A stretch of DNA of 64,000 nucleotides from Pseudomonadota bacterium (GTDB taxonomy: Bacteria; Bdellovibrionota; Bdellovibrionia; Bdellovibrionales; Bdellovibrionaceae): assembly GCA_041178425.1 (NCBI GenBank), contig JBEGVH010000014.1, positions 64,001 through 128,000 on the forward strand, written 5' to 3'. A program made the position numbers and the translations under genes. Shown piece after piece: positions 19,260-27,960 of the stretch. Position 1 is the first letter of the stretch; each line of letters starts with the position of its first letter. The notes under the pieces are model-generated. The model had not been told where the DNA came from. It saw only the letters and a list, made by a program, of their open reading frames with translations, and searched no databases.

Positions 19260-20726
19260 CTAGGGAGAGGTTAGAAGTGTCGGGGGTCGCCAACCGCCAA
19301 AGGCCTTTTCAATATCTTTAGCTGCCAACAAAGAAAGCGAGTCATTCCAACGGCTTGCCACAATTTGCAAACCCATGGGAAGCGATTGACTATCAAAACC
19401 CGTAGGCGCTTGAGTCACTGGAAAATCCAATGCATTCCAAATGGCCGTGTAAACAAAATCTATCGGACGCAAGACCCCGCTATTATGGGTAAAGGCTACT
19501 CGCGGATGAGTTGGCATGAGAAGAATATTATTTGTGCCTAAAAGATTCGAAAAATAATCTCTTAAGGCTGCAATTTTGTGCTGATACTTCCCGGGTTGGA
19601 TCGATTTTTTAAAGTATTTTTCACCGGCAGCATAAGCCAGTATCGGAAAGGTCAGTGTGCCCTTACCTAAAAGCATCTTGATAAACTCTCTGCCCAACTG
19701 AGTCGCCTGACCTTGACCCAACGATTCGTTAAAGCTTGGTCCTGACATGAGCGAAAAAGCATCGTTCCAAATCTCGAAAGCCTCTTCAAAAAGAGTGTTA
19801 TCCACTTCTTCGATTATTGCACCTTGCTCTTCAAAAAAACTGGCGGCTTTTGATAATGCTGTTTTTAGACTCGGATCGGTTGAAAATGCCCATCGCATTT
19901 GCGGGTCTTTTAGCAAATAAATCTTACGCCCTTTCCAAGAGACCTGTGTGAAATCAAACTTTTTTGAACGAACATCTTTATCTCGGCCATCGGGCTTGGC
20001 CATAACCTGAAACAACTCAATCACATCATCTGCAAATCGCGCCATGGGCCCAACAACAGTTAACCGAGAACCATCACCACTCAATTGCTCCTCGGTACCA
20101 CTCAACATTGGATAATGTCCGCTGAAAGGGATCAAGAATCGAGTTGGTTTGTGTCCAAATAAACCACAAAAGGCCGCAGGAATCCGAATGCTTCCACCGA
20201 TATCACTACCTATTCCAAAGGCGGACCCCATCGCTGAAATAATGGCTCCCTCACCACCGCTACTGCCACCACTTGTGCGCGTTAGATCGTAGGGGTTTTT
20301 TGTTGATCCATAAACATGATTAAAGGTTTCAAACCATAAACCCATCTCAGGAACGTTGGTAACCCCCGCAAAGAGTCCACCCTCCGAGACCAAATTTTCA
20401 ATGGCCGACGAATTCACACGACCTTTAAGATGACGACGACTGGCAAGACCGAGTGTATTGGGAAGACCTTTTGCTTCAAAAAGCTCTTTTGCCGTAAAAG
20501 GCAACCCCGCCAACCTAGGCGCTTGCTCACCAGCCAAGATGCTTTTCTCGAGCGTTCTTGCTTCTAAGTAGGCCTGATCCCAACGATCGGCCACTACAGC
20601 ATTAATCATGGGATTCACCTGATCACACTGGCGCCGATAGGCTCTCAAAATCTCAACTGGCGATACTTCTTTTTTATTTAGTAAATTTCTAACTTCATGA
20701 ATTCGTAAAACCGCAAGCGGGTTCAT
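19260..20726 (-). CDS. Amidase-signature family enzyme (FAAH-like)
   Basis: LAGLPFTAKE, GGSSGGEG, GSDIGGSIRIPA. Confidence 0.95.
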   Translation of the reverse strand: MNPLAVLRIHEVRNLLNKKEVSPVEILRAYRRQCDQVNPMINAVVADRWDQAYLEARTLEKSILAGEQAPRLAGLPFTAKELFEAKGLPNTLGLASRRHLKGRVNSSAIENLVSEGGLFAGVTNVPEMGLWFETFNHVYGSTKNPYDLTRTSGGSSGGEGAIISAMGSAFGIGSDIGGSIRIPAAFCGLFGHKPTRFLIPFSGHYPMLSGTEEQLSGDGSRLTVVGPMARFADDVIELFQVMAKPDGRDKDVRSKKFDFTQVSWKGRKIYLLKDPQMRWAFSTDPSLKTALSKAASFFEEQGAIIEEVDNTLFEEAFEIWNDAFSLMSGPSFNESLGQGQATQLGREFIKMLLGKGTLTFPILAYAAGEKYFKKSIQPGKYQHKIAALRDYFSNLLGTNNILLMPTHPRVAFTHNSGVLRPIDFVYTAIWNALDFPVTQAPTGFDSQSLPMGLQIVASRWNDSLSLLAAKDIEKAFGGWRPPTLLTSP

Positions 20727-21106
20727 CGATTAGAGCCCCCGAAGGTCCACTCTCGGAAACCAAAAGACTTTGCTTTTTCTAGATAAAGTTCTTCAATTTC
20801 AAATACATTCGCATCACCCGTCGGCGACCCACATAATTGGATTCTCATGAGCCCATCATTAAGGTGAGCTGTTGAAATGACTGGAATGTCTTTGAGGTCT
20901 TTCTGCATCTCTTCGACAGAGATACGCTTACCCATGCCACATTGAAGAGTCCCATCGTAGCGATAAACCCTAACGGTTTTTGGTTTACTTTCTTGTTTGG
21001 CCTGCAACTGCTGAATCTCCTTCACTCTGCAATGAGTGCTCGAACAACCCAATCCAAAAAGAGTAAAAACTAAAAGCCAGCAAAAAGCATTCCTTAAAAT
21101 AACCAT
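20723..21106 (-). CDS. Uncharacterised lipoprotein
   Basis: Lipobox GLGC; YDGTLQC...CGSPTG motif; overlaps both neighbours (operon). Confidence 0.75.
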   Translation of the reverse strand: MVILRNAFCWLLVFTLFGLGCSSTHCRVKEIQQLQAKQESKPKTVRVYRYDGTLQCGMGKRISVEEMQKDLKDIPVISTAHLNDGLMRIQLCGSPTGDANVFEIEELYLEKAKSFGFREWTFGGSNR

Positions 21107-22266
21107 GAGTCTTTCTTACCTTCCGATTTTTTCTTGCCTTTGACTTTATACAAAAGGGCTCCATTGGAGGCGAAATAAAACTCATTATTTCCCTCATCAA
21201 CGGTAACCGGCGAAAACAATCCGAACCCTGGATTCAGACTGCCAGCAGGCATTCCATCTTCAAGCCGAAGAGCCTTCATGGCTCCAGTCGACTCTCCGAT
21301 GACAACAAAATCTAAGTAAAGAACTGGGGTGGTCGCTATGCCCTCTTTGAGAGCATATTTCCAGAGGGTGCTTCCATTTTTCTTATCGATAGAGATAACC
21401 TCACCCGTCGATGAACTGTAAATCAAACGATCACCAGAAATTAATACCGATCCAAACCCACCAGGCTCCGTTTTCCAAATCAAATCACCACTCATGAGAT
21501 TTACACAGTAAAGGTGGCTATCATAACCAGTCACATAGACTCTATCACCGTCAATGACGGGCATACTATCGAGGTCACGAAAACGTTTATTTTTATTAAG
21601 AGCCGTCTCCCACTTCACCCCACCCGACTTAGCATCGAGTGCGACAAGGTAACCATCGCTAAAACCAACAACGACAACCCCGTTTTTAATGGTGGGAGTG
21701 GAAGATCCTCGAATTGAAAAATTTTGACTATCCACTCTCGAGTAAAGCCAAACTTCTTTGCCTTCAACGGCATCCACAGCATGCAAAATATTATTTCCGG
21801 TGACAAAATAAACAATGCCATCGCTAATGGTAGGCGCAGCCAATGTTTCAGCCCTCACGGGCATGGTCCACATGACTTTGCCAGAACTTACTGATATCGA
21901 ATAAAACAGACCGTCATTACCACCAAAAAATAGATGATCTTTAATCGCCGTGGCTCCGCCCTCAACTCCACCTTTCACAGGAATCCTCCAAAGGATATTT
22001 CCTGTTTGCCGATGGATCGCTACAATTCCGTCGTATCCATTTCCTTGAATGACTCTATCTTCTAAAAGAAGCGGAGACATCCTTACATTCTTGCGATACC
22101 CGATGTCTTTCGATGCCGTTGTCGGACGCACCCAGTCTTTTTCAAACTCAAGCATCACCGATGCCTTTGCATTGGACGTTTTTTTAGATTCATCGGATGG
22201 AAAATGAGTACAACCCGTTAAAAAAAAGAGGCCCCAAAGGGCCAAGCTTTTCAATCTATAATTCAT
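21094..22266 (-). CDS. bamB: Outer membrane protein assembly factor BamB-like PQQ-repeat lipoprotein
   Basis: Lipobox LTGC, repeated (A/S)LD...G...W blades, position downstream of a yfgM-like gene. Confidence 0.8.
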   Translation of the reverse strand: MNYRLKSLALWGLFFLTGCTHFPSDESKKTSNAKASVMLEFEKDWVRPTTASKDIGYRKNVRMSPLLLEDRVIQGNGYDGIVAIHRQTGNILWRIPVKGGVEGGATAIKDHLFFGGNDGLFYSISVSSGKVMWTMPVRAETLAAPTISDGIVYFVTGNNILHAVDAVEGKEVWLYSRVDSQNFSIRGSSTPTIKNGVVVVGFSDGYLVALDAKSGGVKWETALNKNKRFRDLDSMPVIDGDRVYVTGYDSHLYCVNLMSGDLIWKTEPGGFGSVLISGDRLIYSSSTGEVISIDKKNGSTLWKYALKEGIATTPVLYLDFVVIGESTGAMKALRLEDGMPAGSLNPGFGLFSPVTVDEGNNEFYFASNGALLYKVKGKKKSEGKKDSWLF

Positions 22267-22281
22267 AGAGCCTTCACCACC

Positions 22282-23103
22282 TTAAGAGGCTTTAGAGGGA
22301 TTTAAATTCTTTTTAAACTTTAAATAACGAAGATAATTTTCTGCCGTCTGTTGAATTTGTGTTTTTGGCTTTTGCTGACTTTGCTTACCTGAAGTCGGCT
22401 TATTAGTAACGATAGCTTGTAGAACACTTTCGGCCTTTTCAACCTGACCCAAATTTTCTAAACACAGCGCCCGGCCTAATTGAGCCTGCTCCGACACAAA
22501 AGACACTCTCTTTTTAGCCTCAAGACTCTCCCAAATCCCTACCGATTCTTGGCATTGTCCCTGATTTGCCAAGAGTGTTGCATAAGAATGAAGAACCATC
22601 GCTCCGAGTAAATCATCCGAACTCTGCTGCCCCTTCACCTTGGCTAGGATTTGCATTGCTTCCTTAGGCATTTCGTATTTGGTATAAATTTGACTCAGTT
22701 CGAGAGCCGCCATCGCAGCCGCTTTAGAATTAGAATGAGAGTCTACCAACTGTACCAAGCCACGAACCTCTTGCTCGTAATCTTTGTGAAAATCACCGGT
22801 GGGAGTAGCCTTAGCCGCATCTGCTTTTTTGGCGGGATCTTTGGCTTCTGCCTCGGCGCGATCAAAGGCTTCTTTCTTTTTCAGAAAAGCTTTTTCAGCA
22901 ACGTAATATTGTTCCTGGACCGATAACTCTCGATTCGTCGTCGTTTTATCCCAAGCAACAATTCCGACACCAATGAGAATCAACAAACCCAAAACACCGA
23001 ATACGAGCTTTCGTTGGCCAACCAGTTGCACAAAAAATCGTTGTCCGACCTCCGTCATATGATCGGGCCGTCGTAGTTCTTCCTTAGAAATAGTATGAGT
23101 CAT
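22282..23103 (-). CDS. YfgM-like membrane-anchored TPR protein
   Basis: Single N-terminal TM helix, TPR-like helices, yfgM-bamB synteny. Confidence 0.75.
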   Translation of the reverse strand: MTHTISKEELRRPDHMTEVGQRFFVQLVGQRKLVFGVLGLLILIGVGIVAWDKTTTNRELSVQEQYYVAEKAFLKKKEAFDRAEAEAKDPAKKADAAKATPTGDFHKDYEQEVRGLVQLVDSHSNSKAAAMAALELSQIYTKYEMPKEAMQILAKVKGQQSSDDLLGAMVLHSYATLLANQGQCQESVGIWESLEAKKRVSFVSEQAQLGRALCLENLGQVEKAESVLQAIVTNKPTSGKQSQQKPKTQIQQTAENYLRYLKFKKNLNPSKAS

Positions 23104-23126
23104 TTTATCTTCCCCTTAACGAACTC

Positions 23127-24242
23127 TTAGCGATTGTACATTTCCTTTAAAGTCGTAAATAGACGAGATGATTTTCCTTGGTGACGCTGGCGTAAACCAC
23201 CAATGGTTTTCATTCGTTGTTCCGCTAAACGATCGGCGGCGATGTGAGTGGCAATATTCTCTTCTTTTGCAATTTTGAAAACTCTCATGAGATTATCGTA
23301 AACTTTTTTAGTTTTATCGAAGGCACGATCAGAAGAGTAACCCTCAAGCTCGACAAAAACATTCATTAGGCCACCAGCATTACAAACATAGTCTGGAGCG
23401 TAGAGAATTCCCATTTCTCTTAGGGCCTCACCATGTCGAGGTTCTGCTAATTGATTATTGGCTCCTCCGGCAATCATCTTGCATTTCAATTGGCCGACAG
23501 TGAGATCATTAAAAACGGCACCCAGAGCACATGGTGCAAGAATATCGCATTCTGTTGTGATGATTTCTTCTGAACTCACGGCCTCAACACCATAACGATC
23601 AACAAAGTTTTTTACTTTTTGGGCGTCGATATCCGCAACTTTCACTCGAGCGCCTTCTTCTACGAGATACTTCACAAGGTTAGAGCCAACATTGCCAAGC
23701 CCCTGAACGGCAATAGTTAAACCTTTAACGTTATCAACATTTAGTTTCTCTTTCGCTACAGCTCTAACACCCATCAAAACGCCATGAGCAGTGTATGGGC
23801 TAGGGTCACCCGAGCCACCTAAAGATTTAGGAATACCGGTAACCCAGGGAGTTTCCATGAAAATATATTCCATATCCTGTTCGCAGGTATTCACATCTTC
23901 AGCAGTAATGTATTTTCCATTGAGCGAGTTTACAAACTGACCAAACGCTCGGAATAGTGATTCCGTTTTTTGGGTCTTGGGATCACCAATGATGACCGCT
24001 TTTCCACCACCCAAGTTCAAACCCGCGGCGGCGGCCTTGTAAGTCATTCCTTTTGATAAACGAAGAACATCCACCAACGCTTCTTCTTCTGTTTTATAAT
24101 TCCACATACGGGTGCCACCAAGAGCAGGCCCCAATGAGGTGTTGTGAATTGCTATGATTGCTTTTAAACCAACGGATTTTTCATGACAAAAAATTACTTC
24201 CTCATGTCCACCGTGTTTTTCTATCAGTTCAAAACTGGCCAC
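23127..24242 (-). CDS. ldh: Leucine dehydrogenase (Glu/Leu/Phe/Val dehydrogenase)
   Basis: LGPALGGTRM, GMTYK, GGGKAVI, YITAED, QGLGNVG and GGANNQL motifs. Confidence 0.95.
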   Translation of the reverse strand: MASFELIEKHGGHEEVIFCHEKSVGLKAIIAIHNTSLGPALGGTRMWNYKTEEEALVDVLRLSKGMTYKAAAAGLNLGGGKAVIIGDPKTQKTESLFRAFGQFVNSLNGKYITAEDVNTCEQDMEYIFMETPWVTGIPKSLGGSGDPSPYTAHGVLMGVRAVAKEKLNVDNVKGLTIAVQGLGNVGSNLVKYLVEEGARVKVADIDAQKVKNFVDRYGVEAVSSEEIITTECDILAPCALGAVFNDLTVGQLKCKMIAGGANNQLAEPRHGEALREMGILYAPDYVCNAGGLMNVFVELEGYSSDRAFDKTKKVYDNLMRVFKIAKEENIATHIAADRLAEQRMKTIGGLRQRHQGKSSRLFTTLKEMYNR

Positions 24243-24451
24243 AAGAACTCCTTCCCATCTGAGATGTCACTCATTCAATCTTGTATATGGATAATTAGTC
24301 AATGAGTCTCAAGCACTTAAATGGCAAGGAAGTAAGAATCTTTGAATGGCAATGCTAATTTTGACGCACAATGGTTAAGGAGCTTAAGGACATAAATAGA
24401 AATTCAGCTCCGAACCATGGAGCCAAGACGTGATGTGAATTTGTTTAATTG

Positions 24452-24886
24452 TTAGGCTGAATGTTTCTTGCTCTGAGCGAGATGCATTTGCACAGCCGGC
24501 TCAATTTTTTGCAATAAACCCGGATCTGAAACATTAAGACGCCCAACAAGTTCATCAGCATGCACCAACCGCTCGGCCAATGAAACTAATAGCGCCGAAA
24601 CCCATCCTGGCACCTTTTCTAATTCTCTTTCCAAAATTTCGCCCGTGATTTTTACCACCGTGACGGGCGTTAGTGAAATAGCTTCGGCCGATCGGTTTTT
24701 TCCCGACACAATTCCAAGTTCACCTAAATATTCACCAGCCTTTAAAATTCCTAAGGGAATGATCTCGTTATTTGGACCTCGTTTAAAAATACCGACTTCA
24801 CCCTGTAAAATCACATAGGCACAATCTGCTTTTTCAAACTCCCGAAGAATATAATCACCGGCCTTAAATTCGATTGCAGACTGCAT
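24452..24886 (-). CDS. Stand-alone cyclic nucleotide-binding domain protein (no HTH)
   Basis: YVILQGEV, GEYLGELG and RSAEA motifs; 144 aa. Confidence 0.9.
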   Translation of the reverse strand: MQSAIEFKAGDYILREFEKADCAYVILQGEVGIFKRGPNNEIIPLGILKAGEYLGELGIVSGKNRSAEAISLTPVTVVKITGEILERELEKVPGWVSALLVSLAERLVHADELVGRLNVSDPGLLQKIEPAVQMHLAQSKKHSA

Positions 24887-24954
24887 AAATCCTCACTTTG
24901 CTTAGGTTCCGATCAACTTCATTCTAGCGACTGATCCCTAAAACAGAAATTACA

Positions 24955-24983
24955 TTGCCAAGCGAGTAGGAAAAAACTAGCGT
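24955..24983 (+). promoter_or_regulatory. Putative sigma70 promoter, possibly giving a leaderless mRNA
   Basis: TTGCCA-N17-TAGCGT, ending 7 nt before ATG 24991. Confidence 0.5.
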
Positions 24984-24990
24984 TAAGTCC

Positions 24991-25728
24991 ATGAATGAAA
25001 ATCTTCTGCAAGTTCAAGATGGTTTCAAACAATTTAATTCAAAAACCATTTTAAAAAAAATAAACCTCGAAATTCGCAGGGGTGATTTTGTTGCCTTAAT
25101 TGGCCCGTCAGGCACTGGCAAAACTACACTCCTAAGACTGCTTGCTGGACTTGAGACCTGGTCGACCAGCTCTTTTGTTGAACAAAAAAACTCATCCACC
25201 TCTTTCGTCTTTCAAGAACCCAACCTTTTGAGCTGGCGAACACTCCTTGAGAACATTCAATTACCCCTCGAAATTCAAAAGAAACCTATTAATCAAGAGC
25301 ATTTAAACAAAAGCCTGGAGGCTGTTCATCTTGAGGGGGCTGGAACTCTGTTTCCTCATGAACTCTCTGGCGGAATGAAAATGCGGGCCTCCTTGGCGCG
25401 AGCGCTCATCACTGAACCAGAACTTCTGTTTATGGATGAACCCTTCTCGGCACTCGATGAACCCACCAGAGAAGACTTACAGGATCAGCTCCGCAAAATT
25501 TGGGAAGCGCGCGCCAACACCATCGTTTTCGTTACCCACTCTTTGAGTGAAGCCCTCTTTCTAGCCAATAGGATTATTTTTTTAAGTGGGAAACCAGCGA
25601 GCATTTTTGAAGATTATAAACCTAATCTGCCAAAACAAAGAGACCGTGAAACCAGGAGCTCCGAGATTTTTTTTCGCGAACTCAGTACGATTAGAAACCT
25701 GTTTCAAAAAACGAAAGAAATTGGTTAA
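24991..25728 (+). CDS. NitT/TauT family ABC transporter ATP-binding protein
   Basis: GPSGTGKT, FQEPNLLSW, LSGGMKMR and MDEPFSALD motifs. Confidence 0.95.
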   Translation: MNENLLQVQDGFKQFNSKTILKKINLEIRRGDFVALIGPSGTGKTTLLRLLAGLETWSTSSFVEQKNSSTSFVFQEPNLLSWRTLLENIQLPLEIQKKPINQEHLNKSLEAVHLEGAGTLFPHELSGGMKMRASLARALITEPELLFMDEPFSALDEPTREDLQDQLRKIWEARANTIVFVTHSLSEALFLANRIIFLSGKPASIFEDYKPNLPKQRDRETRSSEIFFRELSTIRNLFQKTKEIG

Positions 25729-25733
25729 AAAAA

Positions 25734-26468
25734 ATGAATAGATATTCGTTTCTCGTTACTTTACTCATCTTAATTATTTGTGAGGGCCTGATTACTCTCC
25801 TCGAGGTTCCCAGCTACTTACTACCCCTGCCATCTAAAATACTTCTCGAGTTTTGGACATCAAAGAATGATCTTTTAGCGGCCCTTTTGGAGACAAGCAA
25901 ACACACCACTTTGGCCTTATTTTTTAGTAGCGCTTCAGGCCTTGTCCTAGCCGTCTTGATTTCTCTCTCTCCGTGGTTACGGGCCGGGATCCTTCCCCTT
26001 GCTCAATTTTTTCAAACGGTTCCGATTATTGCCATCGCGCCGATGTTGGTAATCTGGTTTGGGTTTGGGGCACCCACCGTCATTGCTTCAGCAACGATTG
26101 TTAGTTTTTTTCCGATTCTTGCTTCGGCCCTCCAGGGAATCGAATCCACACCAAAATCATCTCTTGAGCTTTTTAAACTCTATAAAGCCAATAGAATTCA
26201 AACGTACCTTAAACTTAAACTGCCCTTGGCTATACCCTGGTTTTTAAACGGCCTAAGAATCTCTGTTGGATTAGCGGTCATCGGAGCACTCGTTGGTGAA
26301 TTTATCGGTGGAGGAGGCCTTGGAAGCCTCATTGACTCAGCAAGAACTCAACAAAGAACAGAACTTGTTTTCGCTGCCGTCTTTGGAAGCTGCGCCATTG
26401 GGTGGATTCTCACTCTTGCATTAGATCTACTTCAGCACACTCTTTTAAAAAAATGGCTGCAAAACTAA
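25734..26468 (+). CDS. NitT/TauT family ABC transporter permease
   Basis: LLPLPS, QTVPIIAIAP and GALVGEFIGG motifs. Confidence 0.93.
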   Translation: MNRYSFLVTLLILIICEGLITLLEVPSYLLPLPSKILLEFWTSKNDLLAALLETSKHTTLALFFSSASGLVLAVLISLSPWLRAGILPLAQFFQTVPIIAIAPMLVIWFGFGAPTVIASATIVSFFPILASALQGIESTPKSSLELFKLYKANRIQTYLKLKLPLAIPWFLNGLRISVGLAVIGALVGEFIGGGGLGSLIDSARTQQRTELVFAAVFGSCAIGWILTLALDLLQHTLLKKWLQN

Positions 26469-26473
26469 AACCA

Positions 26474-26800
26474 CTAAAAGCGTTTCGCAAAAATGAGACC
26501 CATTCCACGCTCTTCTCCTTGACCCCAGCTTACTGGCTGAACGTCGAGCAGAGGCTCTTTGAAATCGCCCATGTTTTTAAAAATAGCGACAATCAAGCCA
26601 GCATAAAGACCAAGGGAGGCCCCTTTAGCCACAGGCGCCAGGTTTGAGCCAGGGTCTTCTGAGAGAGCAATAGCCGTCCCACCGGCCAGGGCTCCTGCAA
26701 CAATGCCGTAAGTACCGTATCGAAAACCGTCCTGAAAAGGTTCGGCCTTACAACTAAGGCCGCTAGCGAATAGAATCAGACTAAAAATGATTTGCTTCAT
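26474..26800 (-). CDS. Small secreted protein with Gly-rich hydrophobic helices
   Basis: Signal peptide, GTYGIVAGALAG and GASLGLYAG glycine-zipper-like segments, C-terminal Phe. Confidence 0.65.
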   Translation of the reverse strand: MKQIIFSLILFASGLSCKAEPFQDGFRYGTYGIVAGALAGGTAIALSEDPGSNLAPVAKGASLGLYAGLIVAIFKNMGDFKEPLLDVQPVSWGQGEERGMGLIFAKRF

Positions 26801-26890
26801 AAAATAAGTAAATCCTGTTTACTGAACTGAGACAACAGATATTCGCCTTTAAAAAAACGATACACATTCCCAGTATCTCAAAATGAGACG

Positions 26891-26918
26891 TCAATTTTTT
26901 TAAATCAACTGTCGAAAA
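26891..26918 (+). promoter_or_regulatory. Possible sigma28 (FliA)-like promoter upstream of the transglycosylase
   Basis: TCAA-N16-GTCGAAAA compared with the consensus TAAA-N15-GCCGATAA. A palindromic box lies immediately upstream. Confidence 0.35.
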
Positions 26919-26992
26919 CGTTGCTAGCCAGCAACTCCTTATAGTGCTTATAAGCGAAATCACATGTCACGGCTTTTGCAATACCAAAGGCT

Positions 26993-27841
26993 ATGAAGAC
27001 AGCAATAAAATACCTCATCGTACTTTTCATCATCGAAGAAGCTACCACCAGTCGTTTAATCCATTTTTTTTCGCCGCCCGCCAATCAGGAATTTCCAGTT
27101 GAGGCACAAAAAGTGAATCAACCTCAACGTCGAATAACAAAGCGGTATAAATCGAACCTGAAGAAACAATTCACTCTAGCAAAAGCTAAGAAACGTTTTT
27201 TAAAGGGGGATCGAACCATTGCTGCTGCAGCAGAAAAAGTAGCGAACCAAATGAACTACTCCGAACGATGCAAAAGCGATTTCATTAGTGCAGATGGCCT
27301 AGGTTCTCTGGGACAGTTCATCGATCGCGAGCTTTCAAAAAAACGTTACGGAAACCTCTTCTCGAATGAGCGGGCTTTTAAACAATTCTGCCCTGGGTTT
27401 GGATCCATGTCCAAACAAGACAAAAAAAATTTATGGGTCTTTTTAGTGATGTCGATGAGTCACTATGAGAGTAGTTGTCGCTCCAACGCAGAAGCTCAGG
27501 GGCCTAATGGAATAGCCAAGGGGCTTTTACAATTGCATTCGGGCTCCGAAAATAAATACTCACACTGGGACCAAAATAAAATCTGCCGAAGAGGAGACGC
27601 GCACGATCCAATTGAAAGCATACAGTGCACCCTATCAATGCTCGACGGACAAATTGAGCGGCATGATGCCCTCTTTTTTGAAGGGTCTTATTGGGATGTT
27701 CTACGAAAGTCTAGGAATCCCGATACTCACGCTTCTAAAATTAGAAAAGCTCTCAAAATGCTTCCGGGATGTGGCATAAAATCTTTTGCATCAGATCACC
27801 ACGACATTAGTCAATCCAATGGCGATCTCGCTTCGATCTGA
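26993..27841 (+). CDS. Lytic transglycosylase (SLT/lysozyme-like) domain protein
   Basis: Catalytic ES (HYESSC), GLLQL and YWDVLR motifs; basic N-terminal extension. Confidence 0.8.
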   Translation: MKTAIKYLIVLFIIEEATTSRLIHFFSPPANQEFPVEAQKVNQPQRRITKRYKSNLKKQFTLAKAKKRFLKGDRTIAAAAEKVANQMNYSERCKSDFISADGLGSLGQFIDRELSKKRYGNLFSNERAFKQFCPGFGSMSKQDKKNLWVFLVMSMSHYESSCRSNAEAQGPNGIAKGLLQLHSGSENKYSHWDQNKICRRGDAHDPIESIQCTLSMLDGQIERHDALFFEGSYWDVLRKSRNPDTHASKIRKALKMLPGCGIKSFASDHHDISQSNGDLASI

Positions 27842-27960
27842 AAAGTCCTGCGGAGTCGGTAAATACTTAACCTTAATAGCAATTGTGGTAGCCTAGGAGA
27901 CTGATAGATTAGCAGCGATGGTCTCGCTGCACTTTAAGTCATTTTTTCTAAGGATGGAAT

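Noticed and set aside
27845..27905. Possible c-di-GMP-I riboswitch (GGTAAA...GGTAGCC)
   Set aside because: It lacks the GNRA-capped P2 stem and the CGCAAA core.
27912..27930. Hairpin GCAGCGA-TGGTC-TCGCTGC resembling the 5' part of a fluoride riboswitch
   Set aside because: The downstream conserved CUGAUG/pseudoknot element is absent and the downstream gene is not fluoride-related. It is more likely a simple stem or weak terminator.
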